Shown piece after piece: positions 1 through 7,205 of a DNA stretch of 56,894 nucleotides (its first letter is position 1; each line of letters starts with the position of its first letter). A program made the position numbers and the translations under genes. The notes below the pieces were generated by a model, which searched no databases, was not told the DNA's origin, and was given only the letters and a program-made list of their open reading frames with translations. The stretch comes from Gemmatimonadota bacterium (GTDB taxonomy: Bacteria > Latescibacterota > UBA2968 > UBA8231), in the NCBI GenBank assembly GCA_038128265.1, contig JAYPJE010000026.1, forward strand, positions 1-56,894. Reading direction: 5' to 3'.

Positions 1-1223
1 GCATTATACTGCCATCGTGGCGCATAAGGGTGTTCCGAACACAGCATTTCTATGTGTTCATATTGTGTGAGGGCGCGTTCAAACTTACCGTGTTGTTGCA
101 GGTAGAGTGCAGAATAGCTTAACTGTACGGCTTGGAGGCAATTTACCTGGGTTGCACTTAAAACGACGATTACCCCTGTTATGACGACTAACCAACTTTC
201 TCTTACCCATCGTATCTCGACTTTTTCTCCCAAGGTTTTTCCTATTTTCTCTATACATAGAGAAATGATCCCTGTACTGATAAGAGATGGTAAGTAATAG
301 TAGCGTGAGATTTCTTCCGCATTAATAAAGGGAGTGTAGGGGAGCAGAAACACAACAATCCAGAGGCAAGCGTGTCGCAGGTAAGGTTGTCGTAATCCTA
401 TGGCAACAAGTAGAGCGAAAACAGACAATCCCAGCCCGATTTGGTAACTTACATTTGGTATAAGCAACCATGAGTCGTAATAGCTACTAGAAAAGAGTGT
501 AAAGATTTGACGTGGTAACGTTGTAGTAAGGTTCCATCCAATATGGTAATCTGCTTGTCCATCGGATAAAGGCGTCGAATAGTAGTATCGAGATTCGATA
601 AAAAGTAAAAGAAGACCTAATACATACGGAGCGAAGATTGGTAGCCGTTCCGTTCGGTGCCTGTAAGCAATAGAGAAGATGATGGCTAGAAATGAAACCG
701 CGCCTTCATGAGCATGAATGGCTCCAGTAAAAAGAAGAACCGATGCGGCCGCACTCCAACGATTTTTAGTTCGAAAATAATTGACGAGAAAAATTATTGA
801 GAGGAGACCGAGTGTGGCACTTAGCAGGAGAGAGATTCCTGAAATCCAGAAAACCGCACGAAAATGATTAACGTTGATTAGGAATAAGATGCCAGCGATG
901 CTTGCAATAGTAAAGTTTCGTAATAGAAATAGCATAGCAGCGCTTAAAAGAACAGCGTTAACTACATGGATACAGACATTGGCAAGGTGATAATCACCGG
1001 GATTTGACTCAAAATAGGGCTGAACCAGCCAGAAGTACATATGTACAATTGGACGTCGTGCCCACGGTTTATCGGCACTAAATACATACGCAAACTGTTC
1101 TTGAGCTTTTATAGCGTTGACAATATAGTCTTCGTCGTCAAATGCCCAGTCATGTTTACGTAGATCACCGAACAAGAAGGCTGCTAATAATGCAAGGAAA
1201 GTACAGAGAAGTAGCCATCTCAT
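1..1223 (-). CDS. Cassette 2 gene (3' end outside window): GT-C-type (TMTC/PMT-like) polytopic membrane glycosyltransferase
   Basis: Not in the ORF track, presumably because no stop falls inside the window. Manual translation from ATG 1223: MRWLLLCTFLALLAAFLFGDLRKHDWAFDDEDYIV...KPWARRPIVH...DYHLANVCIHVVNAVLL. The DD after TM1, RP and HxxNxxxHxxN motifs are typical of GT-C/TMTC proteins. Confidence 0.7.
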   Translation of the reverse strand, partial: MRWLLLCTFLALLAAFLFGDLRKHDWAFDDEDYIVNAIKAQEQFAYVFSADKPWARRPIVHMYFWLVQPYFESNPGDYHLANVCIHVVNAVLLSAAMLFLLRNFTIASIAGILFLINVNHFRAVFWISGISLLLSATLGLLSIIFLVNYFRTKNRWSAAASVLLFTGAIHAHEGAVSFLAIIFSIAYRHRTERLPIFAPYVLGLLLLFIESRYYYSTPLSDGQADYHIGWNLTTTLPRQIFTLFSSSYYDSWLLIPNVSYQIGLGLSVFALLVAIGLRQPYLRHACLWIVVFLLPYTPFINAEEISRYYYLPSLISTGIISLCIEKIGKTLGEKVEIRWVRESWLVVITGVIVVLSATQVNCLQAVQLSYSALYLQQHGKFERALTQYEHIEMLCSEHPYAPRWQYN

Positions 1224-1311
1224 AGGTTGGCTCGTTAGTTCATTTTTAACAGCAATAGTACGATATATTTTGAAGCATACTGCAAAATCCTGACTTTGCT
1301 TTTCCTATGTT

Positions 1312-1398
1312 ATCTAACGTGCCCACAATTGCTGAACCCGCGAAGCGGGTTTGGTCGGAGGGAGCGAAGCGACCGTAGCCAGCAATTGTGTGTTATGC
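1312..1398 (-). other. attC-like recombination site (87 bp)
   Basis: Minus strand reads GCATAAC-A-CACAATTGCTG...CAGCAATTGTG-GGCAC-GTTAGAT. It has AAC/GTT core boxes, an 11-bp inverted repeat and an internal branched hairpin, and lies just downstream of the cassette 1 stop codon. Confidence 0.85.
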
Positions 1399-1458
1399 AT
1401 TGTGCCGTTTTTGTAATCACTAAAAGAAGAACGGGGCGAACATAGCCCTCTCTTTCTT

Positions 1459-1929
1459 TTATTTGTCTTTCGCCTGCTTGCTGTTTTCGGCGTTCGTAGA
1501 CCCAATGAGTTCTTTGACTTCGGTGGACATGAGAACCCGAAGCTGCCAGACGAATAATGGAGCGCCGATCACTAAGCCTCCCATCATCCTCACAATTTCA
1601 TCTCCGCTGAGCGGCGCCGTTGGCAGAGTCCAACTGACCTCACCTATATTCGCGATCTCGCCGAGCCCGAGGAGGAACATCACAGTCATGAGAAAGACCA
1701 GAAACAGCCAGCTCATAATGACAGCCAACTTTCTGCATAATGAGATTTGCTTCAGCAGCCCGATGCCAAGTGGTACAAGTATGCCGGCCACATTGATTTT
1801 GTGAATGTATAGTTGGATGGCCGGTTCGCTCAGGGGCGTGAAGAATCCAACAATCAGTTCGATCAAGCCGTAGGCCCCTACTGCGATATATAGCCAACTG
1901 ACCACGCATAGACGGCAGGCAGTATTCAT
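1459..1929 (-). CDS. Cassette 1 gene: hypothetical membrane protein, about 4 TM helices
   Basis: 156-aa ORF with four hydrophobic segments and an AAGGAAG RBS-like sequence. Lies between attI and attC. Confidence 0.75.
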   Translation of the reverse strand: MNTACRLCVVSWLYIAVGAYGLIELIVGFFTPLSEPAIQLYIHKINVAGILVPLGIGLLKQISLCRKLAVIMSWLFLVFLMTVMFLLGLGEIANIGEVSWTLPTAPLSGDEIVRMMGGLVIGAPLFVWQLRVLMSTEVKELIGSTNAENSKQAKDK

Positions 1930-2096
1930 TTCATCTTCCTTTTACCCAGCTTCATTTCCGATAGCTCCGTGTACAAATGTCCTATAGTGTGAACTCAGAA
2001 TTTGGGGGCAGGTGGATTCAAGTGTTGGGGGGGTATCGGGTGGGGTCTGTTTTTGCCCCTTTCTGCTAAAGTCAATAGCCACAAAAACGGCATTTT

Positions 2097-2210
2097 GCAT
2101 AACTTGTCGATATCATAACTTGTTTGGATATCACTTCTCACAGTATGGATATCCAAGTTGGTGTGGGTATCCCACCCCATGCGGCGGATAGGCAAACCAG
2201 TCACGATATT
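2097..2210 (-). other. attI-like site with phased accessory repeats
   Basis: G|TTATGC core at 2103-2097. Direct repeat CATAACTTGT at 2098 and 2114. GATATC-like hexamers at 2109, 2127, 2148, 2166, 2187 and 2205. Confidence 0.7.
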
Positions 2211-2239
2211 TTTCCTATGGAGATACACTCACCCCTCAT

Positions 2240-3390
2240 TCATTCATTCGGTTTCTCAGCCTCTTTGAGCATCAATAGATCCGCTGGAATTCGGATGCGG
2301 CCCAGATCTTTTTTGCTGACATGGGTGTAGATCTCCGTCGTTTTGGGGCTACTATGTCCCAAGAGCTCTTGAATATACCGCAGGTCCACACCTGCTTCAA
2401 GCAAATGCGTAGCAAATGAGTGCCGCAGCGTATGGGATGTCGCGTGCTGGGAAATCCCCGCTTTTTTTCGTGCATTTCGGACGATTTTCTGTACGCTCGT
2501 TTCCGTCAGATGCCGACCGATGTGGGCACCGGGGAAGAGCCATTTTGTCGGCTGGTATTCACTAATGTAAGCGCGCACCATGCGAATAGAGAGATCCGAC
2601 AGCAGCGTGTAGCGGTCTTTTCGTCCCTTGGCTCGGTGGATGTAGACCATCTTGCGATCTAAGTCAATGTCCTCTGGCCGCAGACGCACAATTTCACCGA
2701 CGCGCAGTCCTCCCGAATACATCAGGATCAACAAGGTGCGGTGCTTCAGATTACCCACTTCATTCACCATGTTCTCTACGGATTCACGGCTCAAAACGAT
2801 TGGCAACGTACGCTCTTTTTTGGGTCGACGAACCGACTCGATCTCTCTGGGGCGCTTGAGCACCTTGCCATACAATAGCTTGATGGCATTGATGGCCTGG
2901 TTGTAATACGATTGGGATACCTGCTTTTCATCGATCAACATCAGCAAATACTGGCGTATTTCCTCAGCGCCGACCTCCTGCACAGCTCGGTTGGCGAAGT
3001 GTCGCTTAAACAGCAACAGGTGGTTTCGATACGATGTGCGCGTCTTCGGGCTGTAGCCACACAGCTTCATCTCATCTTCGATGCGGGCGATGTAGGCTTG
3101 CTCTTCTCCACTGAGGGTTTGCCATCGCCGGCTAGTGATAGCTCTAGGTCGTTTGTCTGGTTTTGCAAGGGGTTGAACCGGATATTGGCCGAAATAGTTA
3201 TCCAGCAGGATAAGCGCTGATTCGGTATAGGGTATACTCCAAGCCTTCTTATCGCCGTGCCAACGCCGGCCCGTAATGGCGCGGATGCGTTTTATATTGT
3301 CAGGATGGTAAGGAAAGAGTACGAGTAGGCGATCGTCGCCGAAATGACGTATCTCGATGCCGGCAATCTTCGGTAGGGGGGAAGAGACAT
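2240..3390 (-). CDS. Site-specific tyrosine recombinase (integron-integrase-like, SAM-like N-domain plus extra N-terminal domain); apparent frameshift near the 5' end
   Basis: Catalytic motifs YSGGLRVGE, AKGRKDR, HTLRHSFATH, LLGH and TEIYTHV in ORF 2240-3070. The same frame stays open about 105 codons upstream (FPYHPDNIKRIRAITGRRWHGDKKAWSIPY). RBS AAGGAG with ATG at 3390 is one base out of frame. Confidence 0.9.
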
Positions 3391-3835
3391 GATGCGCTCC
3401 TTGAATGCGGAGTTATAGATATACTAACCGCAGGGCGCATCAAATTTAGTACCTGTGGGAACACCTTCTTCATTAACCGGAATCTTGGCCAACCTATCCG
3501 ACTGACTGTCACCTTTTTGATTCACTGTGTGTAAAAAGTAACGCCTGGCAGGAGGCCTGCCCCTCGACGATCCTGCTGCCGCGATTTCAGCAATCCGCCG
3601 TCTGTGAGCACCCGTCCGTTTGGGTCATGCTTCGATCGCCTTGGCCTGGTCAGCGGGGACAGTTCGCCGCATTTGTAACGTGAACGTAGAGTGCAAAGAA
3701 AAAGCGAGAAATTCAGTGAAAAGCAGGAATAAACCGGCAAGGAACAAGCGGTGCTCTGAACCCGCCCAAGATCCCGCTTTGTAGAGGATGCAAACTACTC
3801 CAACATACGGGCAGAGGACGCAATAGGCTAAAACA

Positions 3836-3870
3836 GAAAGCCCCCGAAGCGCTTGGCTTCAGGGGCTTTC
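3836..3870 (-). terminator. Hairpin/intrinsic terminator downstream of tRNA-Asp
   Basis: Inverted repeat GAAAGCCCC.GAAGC...GCTTC.GGGGCTTTC immediately 3' of the tRNA CCA, followed by TGTTTT on the minus strand. Confidence 0.7.
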
Positions 3871-3874
3871 CAAT

Positions 3875-3951
3875 TGGCGGGACCGACGAGACTCGAACTC
3901 GCGACCTCCGGCGTGACAGGCCGGCGTTCTAACCAGCTGAACTACGATCCC
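3875..3951 (-). tRNA. tRNA-Asp(GTC)
   Basis: GGGATCGTAGTTCAGCTGGTTAGAACGCCGGCCTGTCACGCCGGAGGTCGCGAGTTCGAGTCTCGTCGGTCCCGCCA. Cloverleaf with GTC anticodon, TTCGA T-loop and CCA end. Confidence 0.97.
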
Positions 3952-3969
3952 ATTAATCTCAGGTGACAA

Positions 3970-3998
3970 AAATTAAGCGGCGATATTGCGCTTGTCAA
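3970..3998 (-). promoter_or_regulatory. Sigma70-type promoter for tRNA-Asp
   Basis: TTGACA-17 bp-TAATTT on the minus strand, about 20 bp upstream of the tRNA. Confidence 0.65.
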
Positions 3999-4002
3999 TA
4001 GC

Positions 4003-4530
4003 CTATGAATTTTCTTTTTGCCACGCTTCGCCCTCTTTTTTCAGGCGTCTGAGCGCCCCGCGCATGAGCTGGCGCTTGAGCGAACTCAGGTGGTCGACAA
4101 AGAGCACGCCGTTGAGGTGGTCTAGCTCGTGCTGCAGGGCGCGCGCGTAGAATCCCGTGCCCTCGGTAGTAAAGGCCTGGCCGTCGAGGTCGAGTGCCTC
4201 TACGGCTACGCGCTCGGCGCGTTTGACGTCGCCGTAGAGGTCGGGAAAGCTCAGGCAGCCTTCCTCGCCGACCTGCGTGCCTTCGCTGGAGACGATGCGC
4301 GGATTAATGAGCACGATGGGCGGATGCTCGGGCTGCTGCGCAGAGACGTCGATGACGCACGCGCGCCGCGCCACTCCGATTTGCGGAGCGGCTAAGCCAA
4401 CGCCTTCGGCCGCGCGCATCGAATCGAATAGGTCGTCGACGAGGCTGCGTACCTCGTCGTCAACCTCGTTTATCGGGGTGCACTTTTGGCGCAGCACGTT
4501 GGCGCCGAATTTGACGATCTCTCGCTTCAT
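4003..4530 (-). CDS. def: Peptide deformylase
   Basis: GVGLAAPQIG, EGCLS and QHELDHLNG motifs. Confidence 0.97.
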   Translation of the reverse strand: MKREIVKFGANVLRQKCTPINEVDDEVRSLVDDLFDSMRAAEGVGLAAPQIGVARRACVIDVSAQQPEHPPIVLINPRIVSSEGTQVGEEGCLSFPDLYGDVKRAERVAVEALDLDGQAFTTEGTGFYARALQHELDHLNGVLFVDHLSSLKRQLMRGALRRLKKEGEAWQKENS

Positions 4531-5582
4531 GGGCGCAGCGCCCGCAGGTCGAGGGCGATATAGCGGAAGCCGAGGGCGGCGCAGTCGTCGCTAAGGGCTT
4601 GGCGCAGCGCTTCGTCGGCCAGGCGCTGCGGATCGTCCAAGCGCAGGTAGAGCAGCTGGTCGCGCTCTTCGTAGGCAACTCGAGCAATTTCGTAGCGGGC
4701 GATAACGGGGTCCATGCGCTCAAAGAGCGGCGCCGGGTCCATGTCGATGGAGAGCAGGACCTCGTTCATGCTGCCGGAGCGGAAGCCGCGCAGGTCGACG
4801 GTGATCTGCACATATCCTATTTCGCTGAGGGCGTCGACTATGTGTCGACAGCGCGCATCGTCGGCCAGCAGCGCGCTCAGGTCGTCGCTCGGTAATTCAA
4901 TGCGCGCGAGGGCGTCGTGATGGCGCGAGCGCACCTGCGCGTAGCCGAGCTGGCCGCGCAGAAAGGCTTCGGCGCGGTCGACCTGCTTGAGCCCCTCGGC
5001 GGTCACCGGCGTGCCGTAGGGAAAGCGCGAAGACAGGCAGGCCATGGCCGGGCGATCCCAGACGGAAATGCCCCAGCGGCGCGCCAGCGCGCGCACGTCT
5101 TCTTTGTCGAGGCCGGCCTCGGCCAGCGGTGCGCGCACGCCCTTTTCGCGCGCGGCTTTAGCGCCGGGGCGAAAGTCGCCGACGTCGTCGGCATTTTGAC
5201 CGTACAGTATGTATTCGACGCCCAGCTCGGCGGCCATGCGCTCCATGTGCGTGAACAGCTCCTGCTTGCAGTAGTAGCAGCGATCGGGCGCGTTTTTAGC
5301 GTAGTCCGGATTGTCGAGCTCGCGCGTCTTTACGACTTCGTGGCGAATGCCGAACTGCGCAGTTATTTCGCTGGCGCGCTCGAGCTCACCGCTGGCATAG
5401 CTCTCCGAATCAGCGGTGACGCAGATTGCACCGTCGCCCAGCACGCGCTGGGCCGCCACGGCTAGTAGGGCGCTGTCGACGCCGCCCGAATAGCCGACCA
5501 GCGCGCGCCCCATTGGGCGCATGATGTCCTCGAGCTGGGCTAGCTTTTCGTCGAGATTGATTGCAGTGGGAACCGTAGTCAC
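4527..5582 (-). CDS. larE: LarE-family ATP-dependent sulfur transferase (PP-loop), with C-terminal extension
   Basis: PP-loop YSGGVDS, RCYYCK, DFRPG, ACLSSRFPYG and VDLRGFRSGSMNE. Confidence 0.9.
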   Translation of the reverse strand: MTTVPTAINLDEKLAQLEDIMRPMGRALVGYSGGVDSALLAVAAQRVLGDGAICVTADSESYASGELERASEITAQFGIRHEVVKTRELDNPDYAKNAPDRCYYCKQELFTHMERMAAELGVEYILYGQNADDVGDFRPGAKAAREKGVRAPLAEAGLDKEDVRALARRWGISVWDRPAMACLSSRFPYGTPVTAEGLKQVDRAEAFLRGQLGYAQVRSRHHDALARIELPSDDLSALLADDARCRHIVDALSEIGYVQITVDLRGFRSGSMNEVLLSIDMDPAPLFERMDPVIARYEIARVAYEERDQLLYLRLDDPQRLADEALRQALSDDCAALGFRYIALDLRALRP

Positions 5583-5591
5583 GAGCGCTCC

Positions 5592-7043
5592 TTAAAAGGC
5601 GTCTTCTTCGCCTGCATTGTCGGCAACAGCGCAGGGAACGATAACGGCGTCGATCATGCCGTGCAGGACCTTTTTGTCCGGCGGGCAGACGACGGCCTGA
5701 ATGCCGGACAGGCGCGGTTCGTCCCCCATCAGATAGTAGTAGGGTCGCAGCAGCACGCGACCGCGCATAGGCTTTACTGCGTCGTCAAAAAAGTCGTAGT
5801 AGCGCACGGACTTGCGCGCCGACTTGTGAAAGGTCTGTAAAATATACGGCGTATGCGCGAAGTCATCGAGCGCCGTCTGCACGTTGGCGCTCCACGTCTC
5901 TTCCGGCAGGTCGTGGCCAATGGAAACGCCCTTGCTCTCGTAGGCCAACTCTGAGAAGCCCGATGGTTTGACGACCAGCTCTCGCTGCTTCTTGCTCAGG
6001 CCTTTTAGGACCTGCCAGTCGTTGACGGGCTGGTCGTTGAGCATCAGGTTGGGGACGACGGCGTGCGGCGGCATGGGGCGCGCGTCGAGAATCCAGGTCT
6101 GCGGTATGAGTTTGGCCAGCAGCGCGCGCGCGTCGCGCGGCAGCTCGCGCTGCCAGAACGCGCTCAATAGCGGATGGTGAAACAGCGCCAGCCACATCTT
6201 CTCTTCGAGATAGGCTTTGGGCGGCGGCGTCAGGCGCACGGCGTTTTTCTTGGCAAAGTAGGTGATGAGCTCTGCCTTGGGAATGTTCTTCAGATCAAAT
6301 AGCTCGAAAAAGCGATAGACGGCATCGAGGCGCTGCGCTTGACCGTCGACGTCGATGAAGAGGCCGTCCTCGTCGAAATGGAGGTCGCGCGGATGGGTGC
6401 AAAAGGTGAGCTGCCCGCCGGCGCTTAGCTGGTCGGCCAGCCACTGCATTTCCTCGCGATAGGCGTCCGATTCGTCGGAAACCACCAGGCCCACGGTTGG
6501 CGCGGGCTGATTGGTAGATGCGGCAATGGCCTCGTAAAAGCCGTTGACCAGCCCGTGAGCGCCGCCGATGATGTCGTAGCCGAGATCGGCGTAGAGCGAC
6601 GAAATTTGCGCGGTGAAGCCCATACCACCGGGAATGGAATCCATCTCCATGATGCGAAAGCCGTCTTCGGTCAGCAGCAGATCGGGGCGCATGACCAGCG
6701 GCAGGTGTGATTTGACGCGGTTCCACAGGCCCATTTCGAGCACGTCGCCCGGCTTGCCCAGATCGAGGTATTGGTGCACCCAGTCTGGTTGCAGCCCCTT
6801 GACGCTCTGGTGGTAGAGCAGGTTAGCTGCCCGATAAAACTGGTGCAGGGCATGGCCCAACTCGTGCAGCTCGCCCAGCTGATCTGGGCTCAGCCAGAAC
6901 GGCTCGGGCGAAATGCGCCAAGGGAGGTTGCTGTCGGGGTGAAGGTTGTCGCGGTCGCCTTCAAAGAGGCCACCCACCGGCGTGCGCTCGTTGAGAGCAA
7001 GGCAAATTTCGCGTGGATCGGATGAGGTGCTCGGCAGCGACAT
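5592..7043 (-). CDS. ATP-grasp-like ligase (glutathionylspermidine-synthase / circularly permuted ATP-grasp-like)
   Basis: MRPDLLL...MEMDSIPGG, EEKMWLALF, LVVKP...KGVSIG and YILQ motifs. Confidence 0.7.
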   Translation of the reverse strand: MSLPSTSSDPREICLALNERTPVGGLFEGDRDNLHPDSNLPWRISPEPFWLSPDQLGELHELGHALHQFYRAANLLYHQSVKGLQPDWVHQYLDLGKPGDVLEMGLWNRVKSHLPLVMRPDLLLTEDGFRIMEMDSIPGGMGFTAQISSLYADLGYDIIGGAHGLVNGFYEAIAASTNQPAPTVGLVVSDESDAYREEMQWLADQLSAGGQLTFCTHPRDLHFDEDGLFIDVDGQAQRLDAVYRFFELFDLKNIPKAELITYFAKKNAVRLTPPPKAYLEEKMWLALFHHPLLSAFWQRELPRDARALLAKLIPQTWILDARPMPPHAVVPNLMLNDQPVNDWQVLKGLSKKQRELVVKPSGFSELAYESKGVSIGHDLPEETWSANVQTALDDFAHTPYILQTFHKSARKSVRYYDFFDDAVKPMRGRVLLRPYYYLMGDEPRLSGIQAVVCPPDKKVLHGMIDAVIVPCAVADNAGEEDAF

Positions 7044-7205
7044 GGAACCCTTCTATGGATGCGACGGCGGCGTTGGGGCGCGTGCGCCAAAAGAGAAAAA
7101 TGTAGAGCAAACGGGGATACTGGTCAATGTTGCGTCCGCTGTGCTTTGCGCTCGTTAAAAAGGACAAAACCGTTATCTTAGTGCGTGTTTAGAAAGGGGT
7201 AGCCG

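Larger units (their letters stand above)
1..3390 (-). mobile_element. Integron-like locus: tyrosine recombinase, attI-like site, complete cassette 1 with attC, and partial cassette 2 running off the window edge
   Basis: Recombinase gene at 2240-3390. GTTATGC core at 2103-2097 matches the GCATAAC R'' box of the attC at 1398-1392. Co-oriented cassette ORFs are AT-richer than the rest of the window. Confidence 0.8.

Noticed and set aside
1314..1505. 63-aa ORF spanning the attC
   Set aside because: It overlaps the cassette 1 gene end and the hairpin site; the sequence is explained by the attC.
2097..2210. Repeats considered as a CRISPR array
   Set aside because: The units are 6-10 bp with about 12-15 bp between them and no cas genes are present. 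I saw no CRISPR array anywhere in the window.
1995..2228. 77-aa ORF across the attI region
   Set aside because: It crosses the inferred crossover point, and its repeated DI dipeptides just reflect the GATATC DNA motifs.
3391..3560. LexA/SOS box upstream of the recombinase
   Set aside because: No convincing CTGT-N8-ACAG or GAAC-N4-GTTC match was found by eye.
3300..3740. Two 70-72 aa minus-strand ORFs between the recombinase and the tRNA
   Set aside because: They have no recognisable motifs or RBS, and the first overlaps the recombinase N-terminal extension in another frame. They are probably spurious or decayed.
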